DNA of 64,000 nucleotides from an uncultured Clostridium sp. (GTDB lineage: Bacteria; Bacillota; Clostridia; TANB77; CAG-508): positions 27,132-91,131 of the forward strand of contig CANDIF010000004.1 in assembly GCA_947384775.1 (NCBI GenBank), in the 5' to 3' direction. Both the position numbers and the translations under genes were made by a program. Under the pieces are notes generated by a model. That model was not told the origin of the DNA and ran no database searches. It was given only the letters and a program-made list of their open reading frames with translations. Position 1 is the first letter of the stretch. Each line of letters begins with the position of its first letter. Shown here in pieces: positions 53,817-64,000 of the stretch.

Positions 53817-54014
53817 ATGGAATTACAAAAAGTTCAAAGAACAACACTAACAATGAAAGAAGTAGCAGAGTATTTAGGTATATCTTATTGGTTAGTTAAT
53901 CAATTAGTAAGAAGAAAACAAATACCATGCTCAAAAGTTGGTGGAAAATATTTATTTAGAGTACAAGCACTAGATGAATATTTAGAAAATATGGAACAAC
54001 AATCTATTAGTTAG
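53817..54014 (+). CDS. Excisionase-like HTH_17 protein
   Basis: LTMKEVAEYLGIS...IPC.KVG.KYLF. Confidence 0.85.
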   Translation: MELQKVQRTTLTMKEVAEYLGISYWLVNQLVRRKQIPCSKVGGKYLFRVQALDEYLENMEQQSIS

Positions 54015-54042
54015 ATTGTAAGGAAAGCGGGGAAAGGAGGAT

Positions 54043-54549
54043 ATGTATAATTTACAATGGTTAAAACTAGAAATTAAAATATTTTCAAACAGAAAAATGC
54101 AAATACTACTAAAAGAACAAGATGGAGATACATATTTTAGAGTATGGATTCAGTTAATAACTATTGCTATGGAATGTAATAGTGATGGAAAGTTAGTAAT
54201 AGGAAAAAATACACCAATGACAATAGAAAATTTTTCAAAGATTATGGGAAAGTCTAAGAAAAAAGTGGAGAAAATTATTAAAAAATTTCAAGAATTAAAT
54301 ATGCTAATTGTAGAAGAAGGAGCATACAAAATTAAAAATTGGAGTAAATACCAAAGTGTTGAAACGACTGAAAAATATCAAGAACAAAATAGAATAAGAC
54401 AACAAAGATATCGTGAAAAATTGAAAAGTGAAAAAGAAAAAAGTAACGTTACAATAACGGAAAATAACGAGGTAGAAGATAATACACAAGAAAAAGATAC
54501 AAGAAAGGAGAATGAAAATAACAATGGATTTAGAGAATACAAAATATGA
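54043..54549 (+). CDS. Phage replisome organizer N-terminal domain protein
   Basis: WLKL...F...K, GDT...WI.L, IKNW.KYQ, R.RQ.RYR. Confidence 0.8.
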   Translation: MYNLQWLKLEIKIFSNRKMQILLKEQDGDTYFRVWIQLITIAMECNSDGKLVIGKNTPMTIENFSKIMGKSKKKVEKIIKKFQELNMLIVEEGAYKIKNWSKYQSVETTEKYQEQNRIRQQRYREKLKSEKEKSNVTITENNEVEDNTQEKDTRKENENNNGFREYKI

Positions 54550-55372
54550 AAATTGTCAAAGGAATTTCCACAATAAATGTAAATTTTGTGGAAAAGAGTT
54601 GAAGCCAATAGGATTAGAATACTTATATACTAATGTATCTTCAGAATTAATTGAATATGAAAGATGTACTTGTAAAGAATCCAAAAACTATTGGAAAGAT
54701 GTAGACTTTAGAATTCAAGAGCAGAAAAAGAAAGAACATTACAGAGAAATGATTGATCAATTTTATTCTCAAAATTATATTGGTAAAAGGCTAAAAGATT
54801 ATAATTTTAATAATTTTAAAGTAACAGATGTTAATAAAAGAGAAGAAGCAATTGCAAAAGATTATACAAAGAAATGCATTGAAAACAAACAAGAAAATGG
54901 ACTTATTATTACTGGGAATTCTGGAGTAGGAAAAACACATTTAGCAGCATCAATTTTAAATGAATTAATAGAAGAAGATAAACTAGTTTTAATGGGAAGA
55001 TTAACATCATTATTAGATATGATAAAGGAAACTTTTAAAGATAATTCAAAGTCAGAAAATGAGTTAATAGAATTATTTTCTAATATAGATATGGTTGTAA
55101 TAGATGATCTAGGAACAGAAAAAATAAGCAGTTGGGCATTAGACAAGCTATATACAATTATAGAAAATAGAAATGAGAATAAGTTACCAATTATTATAAC
55201 AACTAAATTTGATAAAGAAGGCTTACTACATAGATTTAAGCAAAGCAATGACAAAGAATTATCGGAAGCAATTATTCAAAAATTATATCAAATGTGTTAT
55301 GGAATTGAACTAAAAAGGTATGATGAAATTCAAAAAGAAAAAGCTAGCAAAAGCGACAAAACTAAATGCTAA
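54512..55372 (+). CDS. DnaC/IstB-like AAA helicase loader
   Basis: CKFCG..CTC, GNSGVGKTHLA, IDDLG, IITT. Confidence 0.85.
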   Translation: MKITMDLENTKYENCQRNFHNKCKFCGKELKPIGLEYLYTNVSSELIEYERCTCKESKNYWKDVDFRIQEQKKKEHYREMIDQFYSQNYIGKRLKDYNFNNFKVTDVNKREEAIAKDYTKKCIENKQENGLIITGNSGVGKTHLAASILNELIEEDKLVLMGRLTSLLDMIKETFKDNSKSENELIELFSNIDMVVIDDLGTEKISSWALDKLYTIIENRNENKLPIIITTKFDKEGLLHRFKQSNDKELSEAIIQKLYQMCYGIELKRYDEIQKEKASKSDKTKC

Positions 55373-55700
55373 CTTAATCCAAAATCTAAATTTATTATAG
55401 TATATTTTGCTATAAAAGTAAAGCAAAAAAGTTCAAATTTTTAGTTTAGAAATTTGAACTTTTTTAAAAATATTTTAATAAAAATTAAGAAAAATTTTAT
55501 TTAAAAAAGTCCCTCGGAGAGATAAAAGGGTATTAGGGCATTTTGCCCTAAACAGCAAAAAGGGTGTCAAAACACCAAGCTGGCGAACATTAGGTAATAA
55601 AAAATATTACCTAAATTCGAGCAAAATAAATTTTGCTAAATCTTAATGCTTCGTAAACTAGCTATTTAAGATATTTGCACAGAAAGGAAATGATAAAAAA

Positions 55701-56324
55701 ATGAAAGTAGATTCAGAGCAATTTTTTGATAGTATTTTTTTATCATACAATAAAATTTTAGAGAGATTACATATATTGGGGATAACAACTAAAAATGGTA
55801 AAGAAATATCAGAATTAGATTTAAGAAGAGCTGTAGATATAATGATAAAAAAACATCCAACATGTAGATGGAGAAGTGAAAAAATCAAAAGTAGAAAATA
55901 TTTTGTTCTAGTAGAGGGATATTACTGGCTAACTCAAGTTTATTTTCAAAAAGAAAAACCTTTAATAGATGCTGATATAGATTTTTTTAAATTAAGGATT
56001 AAACAATATGAAGAATTGCTAAAAATAGAACATAATGAAAATTGGTGGAATGAAGATATGGATATAAAACAACTATGTGAGTATTTTAATAGACAAGATA
56101 TTACTGTTAGAAAAGCAATTAAAAAAATGTGCGATAGTTGGTTAGGAGAATATAAATTTTTAGTTAATAATAAAGTTGTAATTTCTAAAGAAGGAGTAGA
56201 GTGGATTTGCAAAAATGTATTTAAACATAAGTATTTAGAATTACTAGAAAAGTATAAGATGGAGTTAACAGAGTTGTATATTAAAGCAGGTTATCCTTAT
56301 GATAATTTCTTTTGGAAAAATTAA
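55701..56324 (+). CDS. Hypothetical protein
   Basis: 207-aa ORF with an AGAAAGGA SD. Confidence 0.65.
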   Translation: MKVDSEQFFDSIFLSYNKILERLHILGITTKNGKEISELDLRRAVDIMIKKHPTCRWRSEKIKSRKYFVLVEGYYWLTQVYFQKEKPLIDADIDFFKLRIKQYEELLKIEHNENWWNEDMDIKQLCEYFNRQDITVRKAIKKMCDSWLGEYKFLVNNKVVISKEGVEWICKNVFKHKYLELLEKYKMELTELYIKAGYPYDNFFWKN

Positions 56325-56427
56325 ATTAAGTTGATGAATACAAATATAGGTCAAACTATTGAGAAAAATGTCATTTTATGATATAAAATATAATAGAATT
56401 TTTATATGCAGGTATGGGGGAAAGAGA

Positions 56428-58044
56428 ATGAGTACAAACTTATCTAAAATAAAAAGAGATAAAATGTTAGAAACAATAAGTAGCATAAAAGAAAATATAG
56501 AAGATGATGAAACATTAAAAAATTTGTCTTTGATTGAATATGAATTAACTAAAAAGAAATATGGTCTTGTATGGGAAGAGCATGAAGAGAGAGTTGATGA
56601 GGAATTAAAAACTAAAATACCTACTTTTGGAGAAGTTAAAGAAAAAGATATTATATCGAACGAAAATGATAAGTTTAATTTTCTTCTTGAAGGAGATAAT
56701 TTACATAGTTTGTATTTGTTAGAGAAAACTCATAAAGAAAAAATTGATTTTATATATATTGATCCTCCATATAATACTGGCAACAAGGATTTCGTTTATG
56801 ATGATTGTATGATTGATAGAGAAGATGGTTTTAGTCATTCTAAATGGTTATCTTTTATGGAAAAAAGGTTAAATATAGCTAAAAAATTATTAAAAGAAAA
56901 CGGCGTAATTTTTATTAGTATTGATGATTATGAACAAGCACCACTAAAAATGTTATGTGATGATATTTTCGGGGAAGATAATTTTATTGCAAATATAGTT
57001 TGGAAAAGAAAAAGGGGGAGAGACAACTCAGCAAGATGGTTTTCAAAAGCACACGAATATTGCTTGCTTTATTCTAAAAATAAAAATTTATTTGATGTAA
57101 ATAAAGTGGCTGTTTCAGAAGATAGCGATACAAGAAAAGCATATAAAAATCCAGATAATGATCCTAGAGGAGATTATAGAAAATTAGGTTGTTGGGCTAG
57201 AGGAACACAAGGTGGAGTTAAATATGATTTTACAATGAATGATGGATATTACTTCAATGAAAGACTTTGGCTAATGAGTAAGGAAAATTTAAAAAAGCTA
57301 GATGATGAAAACAAACTGGTAAGAGTTGGAGATAAATTATATAGAAAATTTTTTATTACAGAACACAAAGGGCAAGTACCTGAAACAATTTGGGACGATG
57401 TGTCAAACTCAGCGAATGCCTCTGATATGATAAAGAAAATGTTTAATGGAAATATTATTTTTGATACAGCAAAGCCTGTTGAATACATTAAGAGAATGAT
57501 TCAAATAGGATGTCAAAAAGATGCAACAATATTAGATTTTTTTGCTGGATCAGGAACAACGGGACAAGCTGTGATTGAATTAAATAATGAAGATAAAGGA
57601 AATAGAAAATTTATTCTTTGTACTAATAATGAGAATAATATTTGTGAGGAAATTACTTACGAAAGGTTAAAAAAAGTAATAAATGGATATGAAAATTACA
57701 AAGGTATTCCTTGCAATATTAAATACTATAAAACAGCATATGTGCCAAGATTAAATACAGACGAAGAAAATGTACAAGATAATTTATTAGTTAATATAAA
57801 GAATTTAATACAACTTGAAAATGGTATAAGTATTGATGATAAGAGAATAAAAGTAATATTGAGCGAAAATGAAATTGATAAATTCAGTGAAAATACGGAA
57901 CAAATTAAAGAGTGTGAAAAACTATATATTTCATCAGATATATTGCTTACTGCAAAACAAGTGAAAATTTTTAAAGATAATAATATTGAGGTATTTATTA
58001 TTCCTGAATATTACTTTGATAAAGAAATTAAGGGGGTGCAATAA
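56428..58044 (+). CDS. Type III restriction-modification methyltransferase (Mod)
   Basis: KKYGLVWE, EGDNL, IYIDPPYNTG, HSKWLSFM, K.P, DFFAGSGTT. Confidence 0.9.
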   Translation: MSTNLSKIKRDKMLETISSIKENIEDDETLKNLSLIEYELTKKKYGLVWEEHEERVDEELKTKIPTFGEVKEKDIISNENDKFNFLLEGDNLHSLYLLEKTHKEKIDFIYIDPPYNTGNKDFVYDDCMIDREDGFSHSKWLSFMEKRLNIAKKLLKENGVIFISIDDYEQAPLKMLCDDIFGEDNFIANIVWKRKRGRDNSARWFSKAHEYCLLYSKNKNLFDVNKVAVSEDSDTRKAYKNPDNDPRGDYRKLGCWARGTQGGVKYDFTMNDGYYFNERLWLMSKENLKKLDDENKLVRVGDKLYRKFFITEHKGQVPETIWDDVSNSANASDMIKKMFNGNIIFDTAKPVEYIKRMIQIGCQKDATILDFFAGSGTTGQAVIELNNEDKGNRKFILCTNNENNICEEITYERLKKVINGYENYKGIPCNIKYYKTAYVPRLNTDEENVQDNLLVNIKNLIQLENGISIDDKRIKVILSENEIDKFSENTEQIKECEKLYISSDILLTAKQVKIFKDNNIEVFIIPEYYFDKEIKGVQ

Positions 58045-58050
58045 CGAACT

Positions 58051-60250
58051 ATGCAAGGTATAGAATTGAAAGAATTTCAAATTAATTGTGTCAATAAATT
58101 ATTAGATGCAACAACAGTTGGAAGCAAAAAGGAAGTTTTAGTACAAGCACCTACTGGAAGTGGAAAAACAATTATATTATTGGATTACATAGAAGAATAT
58201 ATTGAAGAAAATAAAAATACTATATTTGTTTGGTTAACACCACGGAAAAGGAGACTTGGAAGAGCAAAGTAGAGATAAAATGACTAAATATCTTCCGAGT
58301 TTAACTTCAAAAAATATATCCGCTGTCTTATTAAGTGGATTTGAAGCAGGAGATACTGCATTTATAAATTGGGAAACTATTACTAAAAAAGGAAATACTG
58401 CATTAAAGGAAGCAGAAAGAAAAAATCTTTTTGAAAGAATTGATGAGGCATATAACAGAGGATATAATTTTATTGTAATTGTTGATGAAGAACATTTAAA
58501 CAAGACAGTAAAAGCAGAGGCAATAATTGATTATCTAAAACCTAATTATATAGTTAGAGTTTCTGCTACAACTAAGAAAAACAAAGAAGCAGAATTTATA
58601 CAAATTGATGAATTAGATGTAATTAATGAAGGACTTATAACTAGAGCATTATACATAAATGAAAATGTTGGAAACGATACAAAATTAGAAAATGAACATG
58701 AATATTTATTAGACTTAGCTTTAGAAAAACAAAAAGAAATTAGAAAAGAGTATAAAAATAATAGTATTAGTGTAAATCCTTTGATTATAATACAAGTCCC
58801 AAGTAAATCAGATGAATTAATTGAACAAATTGAAATATTATTAGACAATAAAGGATATTCATATAAAAATAAAACAATTGCAATATGGTTAGCAGATAGA
58901 AAAGAAAATATCGAAAATATATCTGAAAATGATGCCGAACCAATAATTCTAATAATGAAACAAGCTATCTCAACAGGTTGGGATTGTCCAAGAGCAAAAA
59001 TACTTGTTAAATTAAGAGATAATATGAGTGAAGATTTTGAAACTCAAACTATTGGTAGAATTAGAAGAATGCCACAAGCTCATCATTATGATAATGTTTT
59101 ATTGGATAATTGCTATTTATATACTTTTGATGAAAAATATGAAGAAACAATAAAGCAAGAACTGGGAAATAATGCACAAGATGTAAAAATTGTATTTTTA
59201 AAAGATGAATATAAAAAATTTACTTTAATAAAACAAGTTAAAAATAATGATTTTGATGGATTTGATGATAGAGAAACATTTAGAATAATACAAAATTATT
59301 TTATAAAAAAATACAATTTGACTTCAAATAAAACAAATAACAGAACTATTTTAGAGGCTGAAGGATATATATTTGGGGATACAATAGAAAACACTATAGT
59401 CCAAGACAAAATAATAAAAATAGATTCTGATGAAATATCTAATGCAAATACCATAAAAGTTAAATCTACAGTAAATACAAGTAAAAATGGTATTGATTTA
59501 AGACATTCAATAGGTGTTATTAGCTCTAAAATAGGTATGAAATACGATAAAACAAGAGTTGTACTTGAAAGAATGTTTTTGAAGAGAAAATTGTTTACGA
59601 AGAAGTTTATAAATTTATCTTTGGTTGAGTTTTATGCTTTCGTAATAAATAATGAAGATAAATTAAAATATGACTTCTTAGAGGCAGTATCACAAGAGTC
59701 AAGACAGGTTGCTCTTAAAGCAGAATCAATCAAGGAAGTTCCTTTTAAAATTCCTGAAATGGATATCATAAAATATGATCCTAATATGAAGGATACAATT
59801 ATTTATGAAAAAAATGTATATAAAGATTATCCTAATAGTACAAAAAAATCTCGTAGTGAGAGAATGTTTGAAAAGTACTGTAATGACTCTGATAAAGTAA
59901 AGTGGTTTTACAAAAATGGAGAACATTCAATGGATTATTTCTCTATAATATATGTTGATGCAGTAGGTAAAAAGTGGGCATTTTATCCTGACTATATTTT
60001 ACAAGATTATGGAGGAAATACCTGGATTATAGAAACAAAAGGTGGAGAAAATGCTGAAGGAGAATCAAAGAATATTGATATTAAAGTAGAAAATAAATTC
60101 GCAGTTTTAAAAAGTTATGCTAAAAAGTATAATTTGAAATGGGGATTTGTAAGGGATTATGATAAAAATGACTCATTATATTTTTGCAATACAGAATATA
60201 CAGAAGATATGAATAATGAAAATTGGGTTAATCTAGAAAAGATATTATAG
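58051..60250 (+). CDS. Type III restriction helicase-endonuclease (Res), joined by a +1 shift at CGGA 58243-58246
   Basis: APTGSGKT, WLTP-(C)GGA-KGDLEEQS, VDEEH, SAT, GWDCPRA, QTIGRIRR, FYPDY...IETKG. Confidence 0.88.
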
Positions 60251-60264
60251 GAGTAAATTTTTAT

Positions 60265-60537
60265 ATGAAAATTAAATGTTTGACTTGTGGAGATATAATT
60301 GAATCAAAAAGTGTGCATAATTTAGTATCTTGTAAATGTGAAAGCTGCCACATTGATGGTGGTAATGAATATTTACATTTTGGAGGAACGGATTTTAGTA
60401 AAATTTTAATTATTTTCGATGACAGTACAGAAGTATTAGCAAGAGATGAAGAAAATTATAAAAGAAAATATGAGGAGTGGGAAAATAATAAATATAGAAA
60501 TTTTAGTAAAATTCCATTAAATGAAAAGATAGAATAG
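60265..60537 (+). CDS. Small Cys-rich hypothetical protein
   Basis: KCLTCGDIIES...CKC..C.IDGG..Y. Confidence 0.7.
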   Translation: MKIKCLTCGDIIESKSVHNLVSCKCESCHIDGGNEYLHFGGTDFSKILIIFDDSTEVLARDEENYKRKYEEWENNKYRNFSKIPLNEKIE

Positions 60538-60718
60538 AAGGCTAATTATAAACTTAAAGTGCAATTTTAACATTTTTAAAGTGTAAAAATTTCACTTTAA
60601 AATAACAAACAATTATAATAAAATTTAAAAATATCAATAAATTTGAGAAAATATCTCAAAAATATTGATATTTTTTTAATTTTAGCATATAATATATAAA
60701 GTGAAGGAGGATTTTAAT

Positions 60719-61930
60719 ATGTTAATAAGATTTAGTTTTAAAAATTTCAAATCTTTCAAAAATGAAAATTGTTTAGATATGGAAGCAACATCATTAAAAG
60801 AACATGAATATAATGTAGCTAAATTAGATAGTGGTGAATATTTAAAAGTATCTGCAATTTATGGTGCCAATGCTAGTGGAAAAACTAATGTGTTACAAGC
60901 TTTTGATTATATGAAAAAAAGAATACTAGTAAGTGATGACTCTAAAAAGAATTCTCCAATAGATGAAGAAAATGTCTATAGTTTTATGATAAATAATGAT
61001 CCAATTGCTTTAGAAGTAGAAATATTAGCAAAAAACAATAAAATATATAAATATGGTTTTGAACTAGTAAAAGATAATATAATTTCAGAATGGCTATATG
61101 AAAAAAGAGTTAATAAATTTTATTCTATATTTGAAAGAGAAAATAACAACATAAAAATGATGAAAGACAATAAACTTTCTAAATTAGCTAATATTGATGA
61201 AAGGACTTTATTCTTAAACATATATAGCAAAATTGATAAGGATAATGAGGATTTCAATAATGTGTATGATTGGTTTGTAAACAGCACATATTTAGATTTA
61301 GGTAATCCAGATTTTGAAGGAATCATTGATAAAAGAGTTTCATTAAAAATATTAACTGATGAAAATTATAAAAAGGAATTATTAAAATTTATAAAAACAT
61401 TTGATGCTGGAATAGAAGATATAAATACTATACCAGATTCTGTAGAAGCAGTAAAAAACAATAATGGAATTGTGAATATCAAAGTTACTCATAAAGGAGA
61501 AAATGGGGAAGAAAAGACATTTCCATTTTACTTGGAATCTAATGGCACTAGAAAAATGTTTTACTTATTTGATTTTTTTATAGATGTACTAAAAAACGGA
61601 ATGGTATTATTTGTTGATGAATTAGATGTAAAATTACATCCATTATTAACAAGATATATTATTAACCTATTTCATAATAGTGATACAAATAAAGGAAATG
61701 GTCAGTTAATATATTCAACACATGATACTGTAAATCTAAATAAAGATACTTTTAGAAGAGATGAAATTTGGTTTGCGGAAAAAGATAAAGATGGAATTTC
61801 TACAATATATTCTTTGGCTGATTATAAAATTAACGATGTAAAAGTTAGAAATGATGCAACTTACAATAAAGATTATTTATCTGGAAGATATGGTGCTATT
61901 CCAATATTAGAGAATTTTGTAAAATTCTAA
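60719..61930 (+). CDS. AAA_21/RloA-like ABC ATPase
   Basis: NFKSFK, IYGANASGKTN, ES.GT, VDELD..LHP, STH, RRDEIWF, YL.GRYGAIP. Confidence 0.85.
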   Translation: MLIRFSFKNFKSFKNENCLDMEATSLKEHEYNVAKLDSGEYLKVSAIYGANASGKTNVLQAFDYMKKRILVSDDSKKNSPIDEENVYSFMINNDPIALEVEILAKNNKIYKYGFELVKDNIISEWLYEKRVNKFYSIFERENNNIKMMKDNKLSKLANIDERTLFLNIYSKIDKDNEDFNNVYDWFVNSTYLDLGNPDFEGIIDKRVSLKILTDENYKKELLKFIKTFDAGIEDINTIPDSVEAVKNNNGIVNIKVTHKGENGEEKTFPFYLESNGTRKMFYLFDFFIDVLKNGMVLFVDELDVKLHPLLTRYIINLFHNSDTNKGNGQLIYSTHDTVNLNKDTFRRDEIWFAEKDKDGISTIYSLADYKINDVKVRNDATYNKDYLSGRYGAIPILENFVKF

Positions 61931-62014
61931 TAAAATGTTGACTTTTGTTCATAGCCATGGTAAAATTAAATTGCCATCAAAAAGTGGCACATAAATATGA
62001 GGAGATGGCATATA

Positions 62015-62371
62015 ATGAATACAATAGGAGGTCAAATCCAAAGTCAGAATTTACTGAAAATTAAAAAAATTGTAGATAATGATAATAATGGAGATAAATT
62101 TGTTATTGTCAGAACGAAGAAAAATGTAGAGTTTATGAGAGAGTATAGCCTAAATAATGATGATGTTAAAGATATCATTAGAGAACTCTCAGTAGATGAT
62201 TGTTTTGCAGGTCCAGAAAAAGACAGAGATCCACAATATGAAGGGTGGATATTTAAATTTAGTCCTTTATTTGAAGGAACTAAGCTGTATATTAAGATTA
62301 GAATAGAGAGTACAGAAAAGTCAGTTTGTTTGTCAGTACATGAATTTGGTAAATATGATGAGGTGAGTTAA
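62015..62371 (+). CDS. Putative MqsR/RelE-like toxin
   Basis: KN..F, GPE.DRD, W.F, LYIK, CLS.H; directly upstream of the antitoxin. Confidence 0.65.
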   Translation: MNTIGGQIQSQNLLKIKKIVDNDNNGDKFVIVRTKKNVEFMREYSLNNDDVKDIIRELSVDDCFAGPEKDRDPQYEGWIFKFSPLFEGTKLYIKIRIESTEKSVCLSVHEFGKYDEVS

Positions 62372-62372
62372 A

Positions 62373-63389
62373 ATGAGAGTATATTGTCCATATTGTAAAA
62401 AAGAAGTAGAGTATAAAGTTGAAAAAAGAGATTTAAAGGAATTTAGAGGAATAGAAATAAATACCTATGAAAATGTAGCTGTATGTAAAGAATGCCATCA
62501 AGATTTATATGTAAATGAAATTGAAGAAAAGAATAATGAAAGAATATATGAACTATATAGAGAAAAAGCAAATATAATTAAACCACAAGATATTATAGAT
62601 TTAAGAGAAAAGTATGATATATCACAAAGAGAACTAACTGCTATTCTTGGATTTGGAAAAATGACTATTAATAGATATGAAAGAGGCGGAGTACCAACAA
62701 AATCCCAAAGCGATTATATAAAATTATTAATAGATGATGATAATAAATTTATAGAAAAAGTAAAAGAAGCATATAAAAATGGTAATATTAATGACAAAAC
62801 TTATGAAAAGATAGTATCTGGAGAGTTAAATACTAATATTAGTAAAGAAGAAATTCAAAATAATATAAGAAGATATTTATGGTATGCATTAAATAGAAAG
62901 CCTGATATATATAATGGTTATAAATCATTAGACATAGAGAAAGTTGAAAATATTATTTCTTATATTGCTAGTAAAGTAAAAAATCTAACTATTACGAGTT
63001 TAAATAAATACTTGTGGTTTATAGATATATTATCTTTTAATAAAAGAAGTATAGCAATTACTGGTCTAACATATCAAAATCAAAAATTTGGACCTACTAT
63101 AATAGATAAAAAATATGATGAAATATCATTACTGAATGCTAAATATATAAGAGAAGATATTGAAACTGAGAATGGTAATACAACAAGAATCATAAGTAAT
63201 AATAATTATAATTTAGACAAAATAAGTGATAGTGAAAAAGAAATAATAGACACAATAATAAGATTACTAAAGAATAAAAAAGTGACAGATATATCTGAAA
63301 TGTCACATAGAGAGGATGGATGGAAAAAAACTAAAAGATTTGAACAAATATCATTTGAATATGCTATGAATTTAAATATAGTTAAATAA
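62373..63389 (+). CDS. MqsA-like antitoxin (Zn finger + HTH) fused to a Panacea/SocA (DUF4065) domain
   Basis: CPYC..CKEC, LREKYDISQRE...LGFG..TINRYERG, LNKYLWFID, ITG..Y...FGP, SEMSH.E..W. Confidence 0.8.
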   Translation: MRVYCPYCKKEVEYKVEKRDLKEFRGIEINTYENVAVCKECHQDLYVNEIEEKNNERIYELYREKANIIKPQDIIDLREKYDISQRELTAILGFGKMTINRYERGGVPTKSQSDYIKLLIDDDNKFIEKVKEAYKNGNINDKTYEKIVSGELNTNISKEEIQNNIRRYLWYALNRKPDIYNGYKSLDIEKVENIISYIASKVKNLTITSLNKYLWFIDILSFNKRSIAITGLTYQNQKFGPTIIDKKYDEISLLNAKYIREDIETENGNTTRIISNNNYNLDKISDSEKEIIDTIIRLLKNKKVTDISEMSHREDGWKKTKRFEQISFEYAMNLNIVK

Positions 63390-63456
63390 AAAGATAGAAG
63401 CAAAATATTTTAGTTTTTACTAGAGTATTTTGTTTTTTATTAGGAAGGAGGACAAG

Positions 63457-63810
63457 ATGTATCAAATCGTAAGTGCTTTGAATGGATTCATAAGAGAAGA
63501 AATGATACCAAATCCATTTGAATTTATATCTGATAATGAAATGGTTGCAATATTATTTTTTGCTTTATTTGGTGGGAAAGTACTATATAAAATAGCTTTT
63601 TCTATGTGTGGTATTTTCCATAGTAGAAGAGGAAATAAAACTTTAGGAAGCATTGGATATATGTTTTTCTATTGGCTAAATGTATGGATATTATTGAGGC
63701 TCCAAACATTAACTCAAAATATAACATTGATATTAAGTTTATATACTATAATAATTATTATGTTGTTTTTGGGATTAGGAAAAATAAAAAAGACAATAAA
63801 TGGATACTGA
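63457..63810 (+). CDS. Small membrane protein
   Basis: AAGGAGG SD; three hydrophobic segments. Confidence 0.65.
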   Translation: MYQIVSALNGFIREEMIPNPFEFISDNEMVAILFFALFGGKVLYKIAFSMCGIFHSRRGNKTLGSIGYMFFYWLNVWILLRLQTLTQNITLILSLYTIIIIMLFLGLGKIKKTINGY

Positions 63811-63937
63811 AAATAATAAATAATTTACAAAAGAAAAGCAAAGTATGTGAGTAATTAAAAGATATAGGATTAGTTTGCTTTTTTATAAGAACTAATGAAT
63901 TATGTAAATATATATTGCTATACAAAAGGAGGATAAC

Positions 63938-64000
63938 ATGGTAAAAATAAGAAAAATTCAACAGGCAATTATGGGACTAGATGGTGGTGAATATCAAGAG
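63938..64000 (+). CDS. Start of a CDS running out of the window
   Basis: AGGAGG SD then MVKIRKIQQAIMGLDGGEYQE. Confidence 0.5.
   Translation, partial: MVKIRKIQQAIMGLDGGEYQE

Larger units (their letters stand above)
48415..64000. mobile_element. Tyrosine-integrase integrative element/defence island (continues beyond the window)
   Basis: Integrase, excisionase-like HTH, replisome organizer plus DnaC-like loader, DRT2, type III RM and TA cargo; left boundary approximate. Confidence 0.85.

Overview
Very AT-rich chromosome segment from an endospore-forming Clostridia-like bacterium (inferred from sigG, cwlD, ylmH and the murA-divIB-DUF881x2-sbp block). It has housekeeping genes, a tRNA-Arg(UCU) followed by a deleted prophage remnant (about 6.2-14.8 kb), and a tyrosine-integrase element from about 48.4 kb to beyond the window end that is loaded with defence genes. 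Two signals stand out. (1) Seven genes, including murA and PBP2, are broken by ten +1 frame changes. All ten fall at an in-frame CGG, and skipping the C restores a Gly codon (GGN), often inside a conserved motif. In the AT-rich genes I found no in-frame CGG that reads through as Arg. This looks like a lineage-wide CGGN = Gly four-base or skip-one decoding rule. (2) A DRT2-type antiviral reverse transcriptase has an upstream ncRNA from which the hidden gene can be rebuilt by hand. A 192-nt template, joined head to tail, creates a TTGACT-17-TATAAT promoter and a stop-free 64-aa repeat ORF with a Shine-Dalgarno sequence and ATG. Other finds include a type III toxin-antitoxin pseudoknot array with a truncated toxin, a sigma-region-4/double alpha-CTD fusion protein, GC-rich orphan single-gene cassettes and dispersed palindromic repeats. 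All calls are by eye; no searches were run.
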